This document shows positions 1 to 10,100 of a stretch of DNA of 49,325 bases, piece after piece. The number at the start of each line of letters is the position of its first letter. Within the stretch, counting starts at the first letter, position 1. Origin of the DNA: an uncultured archaeon (GTDB lineage: Archaea; Thermoplasmatota; Penumbrarchaeia; JASLWR01); contig CAYFHS010000029.1 of assembly GCA_964342815.1 (NCBI GenBank), positions 1 through 49,325 on the forward strand, given 5' to 3'. The notes beneath the pieces are model-generated. The model saw nothing but the letters and a program-made list of their open reading frames with translations. It made no database searches and was not told the DNA's origin. A program made the translations under genes and the position numbers.

Positions 1-4
1 CACA

Positions 5-174
5 GATGAATCTTGATTCATCGAGTGTCGTAAGGTGTTGCGGAACGGTAGTGGGCATGAGCCGAGGGCTCAGGGGTATCTTTGATGCATCCGTAGGGTT
101 GCCCCGAGGATGCAGATGCATTTCCAATGCATCGTAGCGAAGCGTGGACCGGAGTGAAACGGGAGCAGGCCCTT
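5..174 (+). repeat. Structured non-coding repeat element (copy 1 of a dispersed ~85-nt repeat plus flanking hairpins)
   Basis: 33-115 aligns with the reverse complement of 6882-6966; the first 39 nt are 35/39 identical. Hairpins: gatgaatc/gattcatc (5-22), gagcc-gag-ggctc, tgcatcc/ggatgca (86-114), gatgcat/atgcatc (115-133). Confidence 0.75.
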
Positions 175-325
175 TTCAGATATTTAGGACTGACTTCAAT
201 AATTTAGATAGATTCAATCATACACACTAACCTAATTGGATACAGTAAATATATAATAAATAATTGTATTACCCTCGTGAATCTTAGCTTGTGGTATTTC
301 GCCACATTGATAAGAGGTAATATAA

Positions 326-718
326 ATGAGCGAATTCAAAGCAGTAATAAACGATCCTCGGGACGGTAAAACATATCAGACCATCGTATCGGGTCATCAC
401 GCGAACTCACTCATCGGAAGAAAGATCGGTGATGAGTTCGATGGGATTTTCGTGGGACTTCCTGGCTACAAGCTCATGATAAGCGGCGGCAGCGACAAGA
501 GCGGCGTACCCATGAGAGTGGAGATCCCCGGGACAGCGAGAAAAAAAATATTGATATCCAAATCCACCGGGTTCCATCCAAAGAAGAAAGGGCAGAGAAG
601 AAAGAAAGTGATAAGGGGAAACACCATATCAGCGGAACTGTCCCAGGTGAACATGAAGATCACGGCATTCGGCTCCAAGGACCTCGCCCTATTAACCAAT
701 AACGAGGAGAAGAAATGA
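326..718 (+). CDS. rps6e: 30S ribosomal protein S6e
   Basis: [53 protein letters not shown] motifs. GAGGT SD upstream. Sits upstream of eIF2gamma as in the conserved archaeal operon. Confidence 0.97.
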   Translation: MSEFKAVINDPRDGKTYQTIVSGHHANSLIGRKIGDEFDGIFVGLPGYKLMISGGSDKSGVPMRVEIPGTARKKILISKSTGFHPKKKGQRRKKVIRGNTISAELSQVNMKITAFGSKDLALLTNNEEKK

Positions 719-1953
719 AGGTTTCAACTCAGCCGGAAGTGAATATCGGAATGGTCGGCCATGTTGACCACGGTAAGACCACACTCACCGAAAAACTTTC
801 GCACGTATGGACCGACAAGCACAGCGAGGAGATAAAACGAGGTATCTCCATAAGGTTGGGATACGCTGATGCAGCTTTCTATAAATGCCCCAATTGTTCC
901 TTACCAAAATGTTATTCCACCGATAGCACCTGCCCGCATTGCGAAGGTGAGGCCGAACTCTTGAGAGCAGTATCATTCGTGGATGCTCCTGGCCATGAAA
1001 CTCTAATGGCTACCATGCTCTCCGGTGCCGCATTGATGGACGGTGCTCTCCTCCTGATAGCCTCAAATGAGAAATGCCCTCAAACCCAGACAAAGGAGCA
1101 TCTGATGGCTCTCGAAATATCCCAGGTCAACAATATTATTATCGTCCAGAACAAGATCGACCTCATGTCGGAAAGAGAGGTCAGAGAGAACTACCGGCAG
1201 ATAAAGGAATTCATAAAAGGTACAATCGCAGAAAATGCCCCTATTATTCCAATATCGGCTCATCATGACGTTAATATCGACGTTCTCATCCAGATGATCG
1301 AAAAGGTTATCGTTACACCCAGCTTTGACGAGGATAGACCCGCCAGAATGCACGTAGCGCGGTCCTTCGATGTCAACAAACCCGGCAGCTCACCGGATGA
1401 GCTGATAGGGGGCGTTCTTGGTGGTTCCCTCTCCCAGGGAATCCTCGAAGTTGGAGATGAGATTGACATCCGCCCTCCAAGAAATATAAAGATCGATAAC
1501 CAAGATTATTCTTTCAAGACACTTACTACAACGATAACCTCCTTGATCTCCGGCGGTAGTCGGTTCGATAAATTGAAACCCGGCGGATTGATCGGTATCA
1601 GCACCACTCTCGACCCCACCTTTACGAAGTCAGATTCTCTAATAGGTACCGTCATCGGTAAAAAGGGGACACTGCCTCCGACCCTTTCAACGTTTCTCAT
1701 CCAGTGTCAACTTCTGGATCTCGTGGTGGGAATGGACCGGAAGATTAATGTTGAGAACATCAAGATGAACGAACCTCTCATGCTGACAGTCGGTTCGGCA
1801 ACCACGGTTGGTATCGTATCCAGCATCAGGAAGAAGAATACCGTGGAGGTCCGCCTGAAACTTCCCGTGTGCGCCGAGAAAGAGGAGAGGGTTGCCATTT
1901 CCAGGCGTGTGGGGGGTAGATGGAGATTGATAGGGTATGGCATTATCAAATAA
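715..1953 (+). CDS. eif2g: Translation initiation factor 2 subunit gamma (aIF2gamma)
   Basis: [30 protein letters not shown], Zn-ribbon CxxC..CxxC, DAPGHE, QNKID, C-terminal [12 protein letters not shown] overlap with rps6e. Confidence 0.98.
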   Translation: MKVSTQPEVNIGMVGHVDHGKTTLTEKLSHVWTDKHSEEIKRGISIRLGYADAAFYKCPNCSLPKCYSTDSTCPHCEGEAELLRAVSFVDAPGHETLMATMLSGAALMDGALLLIASNEKCPQTQTKEHLMALEISQVNNIIIVQNKIDLMSEREVRENYRQIKEFIKGTIAENAPIIPISAHHDVNIDVLIQMIEKVIVTPSFDEDRPARMHVARSFDVNKPGSSPDELIGGVLGGSLSQGILEVGDEIDIRPPRNIKIDNQDYSFKTLTTTITSLISGGSRFDKLKPGGLIGISTTLDPTFTKSDSLIGTVIGKKGTLPPTLSTFLIQCQLLDLVVGMDRKINVENIKMNEPLMLTVGSATTVGIVSSIRKKNTVEVRLKLPVCAEKEERVAISRRVGGRWRLIGYGIIK

Positions 1954-2350
1954 CCAGAGCGATGTGGGACCCAAACAATTGTCCGGATACAAAGCAGTTA
2001 TTCTCGATACCAACGGTTTAATGATGCCTTTTCAATTCAAGATTAACATCGACCTTGAGTTGGACCGTTTATTGGGTTTTTGGGTGGGTATTGTTCCCCA
2101 ATGTGTCATTGACGAGCTTATCGGTCTTTCCAAAGCAGATCCAATCGCCAGGGCCGCACTCAAACTCACGGAAAAATACGATAAATTAAATACAAACGCA
2201 CCAGGGGACGAAGGAGTCCTTGAGGCTCTCGGAAGAACCGAGGGTATTCTTCTCACCAACGATAAGGAATTGAAAAGAAGGGCTATCACCGGGGGATCAA
2301 AGGTAATCTTCCTGCGGAAAAAGAAATATCTAGTCATCAGCGGAGAATGA
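1937..2350 (+). CDS. PIN-domain protein (Fcf1/Utp24-like)
   Basis: [32 protein letters not shown] acidic PIN motifs. Conserved position after aIF2gamma. Confidence 0.85.
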   Translation: MALSNNQSDVGPKQLSGYKAVILDTNGLMMPFQFKINIDLELDRLLGFWVGIVPQCVIDELIGLSKADPIARAALKLTEKYDKLNTNAPGDEGVLEALGRTEGILLTNDKELKRRAITGGSKVIFLRKKKYLVISGE

Positions 2351-3505
2351 TTTTTTTCGGAGTGAACGAGTTTGTTCATTCTTCTTGTTGAATCGGTTCA
2401 ATATGGCAAATATATTACTTAAAAAAGAAATTTTTTGGCCATCGTCATCCACCTCTCCAACCTCCTTTTGAATTGCCTGTTTCCAATCCTGACCTGGAGG
2501 TAATGCCATTAGCGGTTTTTGAGGGATGATCGGTTGTTGAGCGGCCAATGGCTTTTTTAAATTTAATGGATAAAGGCTGTTTCTCATTCTCTCATAAAGC
2601 ATAGCGGCCACAGCAGGCGGGAATCCGTGTCGGTACATGTATTCCAGCTGATTATAGTCCCAGGTGTTCTCGGGGACTCCCGGCGGAATGTATGATACAT
2701 TGTCCAGAAAATAGTGACTCTGGTGTAAAACCTGCGTGGAATCCCCAAAGCGGCTTTGCTCGTACTTTACGGGAACTTCGTTTCGATTGTATTCCACCTT
2801 CGCCTCCGATCGGTCCGGTTCCCATTCCACACTTGGTTTGCTTTGATTTTTGTAGTAATACAGTTTGGTATCGTACGCTTTTCTCATTCCCTCGATGAAC
2901 TTGTCCAGCTTGGGTAAGAGCACTTTATTCTTCAAGTAAGGGGAGAAAGATGAATATTCGGGAAAAGAGGAAAGACGAACGTTATCCACAAGAGGAACTA
3001 TATTGCCCCAGCTCGTTTCGGTATATCTGATAATACCCCTGATCATTCCCTGGTATACTATTGTTACAAGTCCGTTGGAGCGGATCATCAATGCCAAAGC
3101 TTTGAATCGTTTTGTCACATTTATCGCAGTAGTCCTTCTTACACCGCCAAGAGTTCGTGTTAGATCATCGCTCTTTTTAAAATTCAGGGGAAGTGCACAA
3201 TTGTTATCGATAAGTTTACCTTTGCGGTCTATGAGTATGGCACCGTCCTCGATGCCGTGATGGATTATTAACTTTTCCACATCGGGCGCAAATGCATATC
3301 TTCCAGCGCTGTAATCGAGACGATTGTTCAATATCTTGTCGTAATTGGACTTGATCTTTTTTCTTGAGACCATCAGGAGCATTCCACCGTGTTTCCTCTT
3401 CACCGCCCGGAAACCCATTTTGGCTCCCAACCAGATCAGTTTCTCCACGAGCCTATCGTCAAATTCCTTGAAATTATTACTGCTAATATACTGCGAGATC
3501 AGCAT
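2330..3505 (-). CDS. Diadenylate cyclase (DAC/DisA_N)-domain protein with Pro/Gln-rich C-terminal extension
   Basis: EDGAILIDRKGKL (DGA motif) and LGGVRRTTAINVT...ALMIRSNGLVTIVYQG (RHR-equivalent region). GGAGGA SD before the ATG at 3505. Confidence 0.7.
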   Translation of the reverse strand: MLISQYISSNNFKEFDDRLVEKLIWLGAKMGFRAVKRKHGGMLLMVSRKKIKSNYDKILNNRLDYSAGRYAFAPDVEKLIIHHGIEDGAILIDRKGKLIDNNCALPLNFKKSDDLTRTLGGVRRTTAINVTKRFKALALMIRSNGLVTIVYQGMIRGIIRYTETSWGNIVPLVDNVRLSSFPEYSSFSPYLKNKVLLPKLDKFIEGMRKAYDTKLYYYKNQSKPSVEWEPDRSEAKVEYNRNEVPVKYEQSRFGDSTQVLHQSHYFLDNVSYIPPGVPENTWDYNQLEYMYRHGFPPAVAAMLYERMRNSLYPLNLKKPLAAQQPIIPQKPLMALPPGQDWKQAIQKEVGEVDDDGQKISFLSNIFAILNRFNKKNEQTRSLRKKSFSADD

Positions 3506-3910
3506 TCGAATTCCTCCTTCTGGCTTTGGATTCTCAATGCTGTGATCGACCTGAAATTCATCAAATCCTCTTCAGGCTACGCTTTCAACCGAGACTATAT
3601 GACGAACTGCCTGTAAAAGTGTTGAAGGTACATCCGCAGGAATCCTCTTCGATAATCCCATCTTTTGGTGGGGGAGGAGAAGAGGAAGCAGATTTCTGCG
3701 TTTCCGAGGATGAAATACACATTTTTTTAATGTTGATGATTCATCTCTCGAGAGCACATTGGGCCCATCCCTAAGCCCCAATCAGGTTTCACACCCATTG
3801 AGCCTTTTCCACAGGTGGTATAAAAACTTTTCCATCCCGGGATTTGATAATGATACTACCTATATAAACCGCTGGTTTTAATGTTAGAGATATACCATTT
3901 ATTCATTTTT

Positions 3911-4942
3911 TTAGAGGATATTTTTTCGCGCTTTGACCGCCTCAATATGAGCCAATCGCAGTGGCTCGGGTATCTTGAAATTGCATATGCGCCTAACCAA
4001 TGCAAGAGCGCTGAGCTGAGAAATGCGGTGACCCGGAGAAATGTATATCGGCCTAGTGGCCCGATTCGATGACAATAAAGAATAACCAGCCAAGCTACCA
4101 TCCAAATATATCTCCTTCAGTTTTGGATCATTCGTTTCCCTCAAATCTCCACATAATCCACCCTTTGCTACGCCTATTGTGGGTTTATCAAGCATTATCC
4201 CGCAATGGCTCGCAAGTCCCATACCCCTGGGATGTAGAACGCCGTTACCGTCAACCATCAGAATATCGATTCCATCATTGGCAATTAGCAGTCTTTCGAT
4301 GACCGGGAACTCCCTGTACGTAAGATAGGTAGGTATGTAGGGAAAATCGACCTCCGCAACGACCCTATCCACTTTCACCGATAAACCTTTCTCCAGATCC
4401 CATATAACAATTGCACCAATTGCGGTATGCGTATCTTTCTTTTCATCAATTATGTATGTCACATCGACACCGGCGATAAATCGATTCTCATGAAAATCGT
4501 CCTCAAGCACCACCTTAGTTGCGTTAATTCTCTGCTCGTCTCTCAGCTTCTTGAGGGGAAACAACGTGTTGAAATCGGTGAAAATTAAACTGTCGAAATC
4601 CACCACCTTACCGTCCTTTACGACAACGCCTTCTCCGGCCAACAAACGAATCTTGTTTTCCACACCAGTACCAAAACCACCTATTGCTCCGCCGCCCATC
4701 ACCACCCTGTGACACGGTACTTCCGGTGCATATATGTTATGGTGCAGCATTCTTCCCACCGCTCTTGCCGCTTTTTTGTCTCCCAGGGCTTTGGCAATGC
4801 TGCCGTAAGTGGATACACTGCCCAGCGGGATCTGTATCACTGCTGCATAAAAGTGTTTCAGCAGGTTCATGCTTTGCCGAATGTATTGGTTCGATAAATA
4901 AATTTGTTCCAAAGGATATAGAAAACGGCTAAGATCGATCAT
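3911..4942 (-). CDS. Fused O6-alkylguanine-DNA alkyltransferase / endonuclease V (AGTendoV-like)
   Basis: N-terminal STYGSIA..AARAVG..VPCHRVV (Ogt active-site Cys). C-terminal AGVDVTY, PYIPTYLTYRE, MVDGNGVLHPR.GLASH, IPEPLRLAH (EndoV). Start may be the ATG at 4870. Confidence 0.93.
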   Translation of the reverse strand: MIDLSRFLYPLEQIYLSNQYIRQSMNLLKHFYAAVIQIPLGSVSTYGSIAKALGDKKAARAVGRMLHHNIYAPEVPCHRVVMGGGAIGGFGTGVENKIRLLAGEGVVVKDGKVVDFDSLIFTDFNTLFPLKKLRDEQRINATKVVLEDDFHENRFIAGVDVTYIIDEKKDTHTAIGAIVIWDLEKGLSVKVDRVVAEVDFPYIPTYLTYREFPVIERLLIANDGIDILMVDGNGVLHPRGMGLASHCGIMLDKPTIGVAKGGLCGDLRETNDPKLKEIYLDGSLAGYSLLSSNRATRPIYISPGHRISQLSALALVRRICNFKIPEPLRLAHIEAVKARKNIL

Positions 4943-4993
4943 TAAAAAAATCCGCCGAAAGTTTAATCAATCGTGAACTAATACCGTTTTTCG

Positions 4994-6109
4994 ATGTCGG
5001 TCGTGCATTTTTATCCGCTGAATGAAGTACATGTGGAAGAAGATATATTGGCAGGAATTGAGAGGTTATACGAAGCAGCCGGGTTTGGAAAAATATTCAG
5101 TAAAAATGATTTCTGCGCAGTGAAACTTCATTTTGGGGAAAAAGGAAATCTCAATTATCTTTCTCCCGTATACGTGAAAAAAACAGTGTCGCTCCTTCGA
5201 AAAAATGGCGTCAAACCGTTTTTAACGGATGCCAATACCATCTACCAGGGATCACGTGCCAACTCGGTGGATCACCTGACCGTCGCTTACAGGCATGGTT
5301 TTTTGCCTGAAAAAACAGGGGCTCCCGTAATCATCGCTGACGGATTGACAGGGAAGGACTACCGGTTATTGACAATTGATAAAAAACATTTCAGGACGGT
5401 AAAAATCGGATCCGCCGCATTGGATTGCGATTCCATGATGGTGCTGACGCATTTCAAGGGGCACATGCTGGCGGGATACGGCGGTGCTCTCAAGAACGTT
5501 GGGATGGGACTGGCATCCAGAAGCGGAAAACAGGAACAACACAGTGACGTCAAACCAAAGGTGATACCCACTCTATGTACCCTATGCCTCGCCTGCATGG
5601 GCATATGTCCAGCAAATGCCATAAGAGAGGGAAGCGGCTCAGCCCATATTAATCATGACAAGTGCATCGGGTGCGGTGAATGCACGGCGGTGTGCATGAG
5701 CGGGGCCATAAAGGTGAGATGGGCCACGGACAACCGAACATTCCAGGAAAAGATGATCGAATACGCTTACGGGATACTTGACCGCCTTTCAGGAAGGGCG
5801 GCTTTTATCAATTTTCTCATAAACATAACACCGCATTGTGACTGCATGGAAACCGACGATCCCCCAATTGCCCCTGATATCGGTATCCTCGCATCCAGGG
5901 ACCCCGTCAGCCTGGACCGAGCCTGTGCAGATCTCGTGAACTCAAGAGAGGGGCTTCCAAGCTCGAACTTTGGTAAGAGAGTAAATGCAATATCCGCAGG
6001 GCAAGACAAATTCAGGGAAATACACAATATCGACTGGAGCCATCAGTTGAAATATGCGGAAAAACTAGGTTTGGGTGAGCTTGATTACGATCTCGTGGAA
6101 CTTAGATAG
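4994..6109 (+). CDS. DUF362 family iron-sulfur protein with inserted 2x[4Fe-4S] ferredoxin domain
   Basis: AVKLHFGEKGN, LTDANTIY.GSR, LTHFKGH..AGYGGALKNVGMG, CTLCLACMGICP, CIGCGECTAVC, ITPHCDC, ASRDPVSLD. Confidence 0.9.
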   Translation: MSVVHFYPLNEVHVEEDILAGIERLYEAAGFGKIFSKNDFCAVKLHFGEKGNLNYLSPVYVKKTVSLLRKNGVKPFLTDANTIYQGSRANSVDHLTVAYRHGFLPEKTGAPVIIADGLTGKDYRLLTIDKKHFRTVKIGSAALDCDSMMVLTHFKGHMLAGYGGALKNVGMGLASRSGKQEQHSDVKPKVIPTLCTLCLACMGICPANAIREGSGSAHINHDKCIGCGECTAVCMSGAIKVRWATDNRTFQEKMIEYAYGILDRLSGRAAFINFLINITPHCDCMETDDPPIAPDIGILASRDPVSLDRACADLVNSREGLPSSNFGKRVNAISAGQDKFREIHNIDWSHQLKYAEKLGLGELDYDLVELR

Positions 6110-6163
6110 GAATGCTGAAGTATTCGATAATACATATTACGGTAATATACGGAGGGGAGCCGT

Positions 6164-6799
6164 ATGGATGAGAAGGTCAATAAAATCCTGATAATCGACG
6201 ACGAGATCGACGTAGTGGATGCGCTCTATCTAACCCTGATCGAGGCAAAGGAATTCAACTGCGATATCACAACCGCCCTGAATGGAGAGGGTGGATTGCT
6301 CGAGCTGGGTAAAAAAAATTTCGACCTGGTACTCACCGATTACAGGATGCCGGAAATGAACGGTGTGGAGTTCCTTGTAAAGGTAAAGGATATAAGTCCC
6401 GATACCATAAGAATGCTTATCACGGGTTATTCCGACATCAGTGTTGCGAAGGAAGCCATCAACAAGGATGTGTACAGCTACATCGAGAAACCCTGGGACA
6501 ACGAAGAACTTCGCCTTAACATATCCGAGGCCCTGAAACGTAAATTGGAAAGAGAAGCAAAGAATATAACGGAGATCGACAGGGTAGCCGATGCCATACG
6601 AGTGGTGGATGAGTTCCGAAGTAATGTACTGAACGAGCAGAAGCTGATGTTCAGTTTCACAAGCATTCCTGAACTGAATAAATTCTCTTTCAAAATAAAG
6701 AGGATGAAAAACGTTCATATAAAAGATTTTCACGTTTTCGAAAATAGATATATAATTTCGGTTGTGATCCTGCCGGAGATGTTTGACTTTATCCCGTAG
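6164..6799 (+). CDS. Response regulator receiver-domain protein with small C-terminal domain
   Basis: ILIIDDE, DLVLTDYRMP (phospho-acceptor Asp), MLITG, YIEKPW. Confidence 0.9.
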   Translation: MDEKVNKILIIDDEIDVVDALYLTLIEAKEFNCDITTALNGEGGLLELGKKNFDLVLTDYRMPEMNGVEFLVKVKDISPDTIRMLITGYSDISVAKEAINKDVYSYIEKPWDNEELRLNISEALKRKLEREAKNITEIDRVADAIRVVDEFRSNVLNEQKLMFSFTSIPELNKFSFKIKRMKNVHIKDFHVFENRYIISVVILPEMFDFIP

Positions 6800-6881
6800 T
6801 TTTACGGATGCTTTTAACTAAAGAGGATCTACTCCCGTTACATCTCAATGCCCGCTTTTCTCCGCATAATGTAACATTATA

Positions 6882-6966
6882 CTGCACCCTCAGCAAGTGT
6901 GCTTACAGGTGGTCTTGCGTCACACCCGAGCCCTCGGCTAGTGCCCACTGACGTTCCGCAACACCT
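6882..6966 (-). repeat. Dispersed ~85-nt repeat, copy 2
   Basis: Reverse complement aggtgttgcggaacgtcagtgggcactagccgagggctc...gagggtgcag matches 33-115. Confidence 0.75.
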
Positions 6967-7173
6967 CGGTTTTGCTGCATCCGACATATAAGCGTTCAAG
7001 GATTGTATAAGTGACATATGTTGCGCTACTTGCATTTCATCTCCAAAATGTAGAAATGTGAATGACACTATGAAAAATTGGCGACCAATATCCGTTTAAC
7101 GATTTTTGAGAACCAAAGTAGAAACATTTATTAATTCTGACATTCTATTAGTAAGAAATATTTACATTGCATT

Positions 7174-10100
7174 ATGGGTGGTCGGATGAGAAAATCTACA
7201 ACCATAATCTTGATTGTCATTCTATTACTCCAGATGTCTACCGGGTTGCTGATGAACTCCCAAGAATCGGATAATACATTTATTACATCTAGTGGGAACT
7301 ATTATGATCAGGAATGTGGAGGGGGGGCAAGCAATGAGGAGATACGGGATAAGCATACTGATGCTCGGGTACCGGAAAGCTCTTCCACATCCTCAGGCAC
7401 AACTCCCGAGGATACAGTAAAGCCCGACGGGGTTTGTGGAGCAACGCGGGCATACTCCAGGGCTTCGATCTCTCAAGATCAAGACGAGTTCGGTGGCAGT
7501 TGGTTCGATGATTTTGAGGATGATAGTGGAGTGGAGTGGAAAAATAATTTGAGCCTTGAGAATGGCGTTATGAATTTAGCGATTGTTCCAAAATCACCAA
7601 AGGAATGGAATTGGGTTGAAGCGCAACCAGATGATACGCCGCATGTACGTTCTAACCATGCCATGTGTTATGATGGAACTAACAAGCTGTCGGTTATGTT
7701 CGGAGGGTATTATGAAGATGGAGGGGCGGGGTATTATCTGAACGACACATGGATATATAATTCGTTTGCGAATACCTGGACTCAAACGAATCCAAATCCC
7801 CATCCTACGGCTAGAAGTGAATTTGCAATGGTGTATGATAGTAAAAACCATAAAGTAGTCCTTTTTGGAGGTCTGATAGGTACAGCGGGCAGTGGTTCTT
7901 GTAGTTATGAAACTTGGGTATATGATGTCTCTGCCAATATTTGGACAAATAAAACGGCGGCTATTAAACCTCCAAAAAGATTTGATCATGCAATGGCCTA
8001 TGATAGCAGGAACAATAAAGTAGTGATGTTTGGCGGTTCTTATTATAATCCTGGCCGGGAAAAAAGAAACGATACTTGGGTTTATGATATAACAAACAAC
8101 ATTTGGACTGAAAAACATCCGTTATTATCTCCTCCTGCTGGACCCTCCACAATGACTTATGACAGTTTTGTTGATAGAATTGTAATGATAGTATCGAATG
8201 ATGATAAAACATGGTTGTATGATACAATTAATAATACATGGATCGGGAAAACAACCTCTCCGTTTCCCTCAATGGATTTTAATCCTGTGATCTACGATGA
8301 ATTTAGTAATAGAGTTCTATTCCTCGATACAGATAGTCAGTTGATATGGAGCTATGATACCTTAAAAAATATATGGGAAAATGAGGTTCTAAGTTTATCA
8401 TTGCCGCTTCGGAGGTATCCTTCAGCGATATTTGATAGTGAAAACCAAATGATAGTTCTATTTGGAGGGATGTGGAGTTTGAAATGGCTGAACGATACAT
8501 GGAAGTTAAAGACTACACAGTTTGCTTTCAGCACAACTGTTACATCGATCCCAATCACTCTTCCTGACAACATGACATGGGAAACTCTCTCCCTCATCAA
8601 AAAAGAAAACACCAACACTTACATCAATGTTTCAATCATCAATGCTGAAACCAACGACACCATCATTACCTTCACCAATCTCACAAAACGCAACATCAAC
8701 CTTACGTCACTCAAGGATCTCAGCATAACCTCCATCCGTCTAAAAGCATACTTCTCGGGAAACGGCGGGGTTACCCCTTTACTGGACTCGTGGGGGGTGG
8801 AATGGACCGCAGAAAATGCTTGGAGGGATAGTTTCACAGGCGACGAGAGGGTGGCGAACCCAATTTTGGCTGATAATTATACGGTGGGATTGTGGCATCT
8901 CGATGATAAAGAGGCTAAGACCGTTTTCGATTCCAGTGGGAAAGGTAATCACGGCAGTTTTTACGGCGAAGGTGAGTTCTCCGAGGGAAGGTTTGGAGCA
9001 GGATTGTTATTTGGCGGGAACGATGATTATGTCGATTGTGGAAATGATGCGAGTTTGAGTCCATCAACGGAGATTACCGTTGAGGCTTGGGTCAAGGCGG
9101 ATACTGTTTCGGAGAACCACGAAATTGTGAGTAAGTTCGATCATATATTTTATATTCAGAAGCAATACCGTCTCTGGATTTCCCATGGAAAATTGAAATG
9201 GCAAGTTGGTGACAAGTCAATCGAAACGCCAATCGTGGGCGGTACATGGAATCATATAACAGCAACTTTTTGTAATGGAAAGATGAATCTTTATCTTGAT
9301 GGAGAACTGAAATCATTCAATACTTCCAGTGAGGCGACAATAAGAGCCGGAGACCGAAAATTATTAATTGGGACTTATAAATGGAATGATTATTATTATA
9401 CTGGCGAATACTTTGATGGAATAATCGATGAAGTGCGAATCTCCAATATTAGGCGCAGTGCAGAAGAAGTGTATTTTTCCTATCGGATAGGTTTTGATAT
9501 AAGGCATGGCCAGGTACAACTAATGGAGAATGAAGTGCCATTGCGCGGATGTATGAGGTATTGGAAATTTGACGAGGGGAGTGGGGATACGGCGTATGAT
9601 AGTAGCGGGAATGGTTATGACGGTAAGATAAACGTCGGGAATGGTGACAATACCGATTTTAAATGGACGAGCGGTATTATGGGTAAAGCAATGCAATTCG
9701 ATGGGAAGAACGATCATATAAATTGCAGGGAGTTGATTCCCAACCCTCAAGGCACTGTCGCATTCTGGGTAAATGTTGACCGTGTCACGGGGGATAAGGA
9801 TCGGATAATGGGGGGTAATGACGGATTTGAAGTGAAAGCACTGGCATCCGGAGCTGGATATAAGATAACAAATGACCTTTGGATAAGCGGTGTAAATGTC
9901 TTATGGAGCGAGAGTGTTTTAAATTTTAACCAGTGGTATCATATTGGATGTACATATAATTCAACCGGATTCAAAGAAATCTATATCGATGGGAAATTAG
10001 ATATTTCTGCATATAAACCCCACCATGAACCGCAAATCAATAATTTTTACATAGGAGTAAGAACTGGATCAGTGGATTATTTTGACGGAATGATCGACGA

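Noticed and set aside
140-172. Resemblance of ggaccggagtgaaacgggagcaggccc to SRP RNA helix 8
   Set aside because: It lacks the proper GNRA-capped helix 8 geometry and the surrounding SRP RNA helices.
3506-3781. In-frame upstream ORF separated from the DAC gene by a single TGA (possible readthrough or selenocysteine)
   Set aside because: A strong GGAGGA SD precedes the ATG at 3505, the upstream peptide has no recognisable features, and no SECIS was seen.
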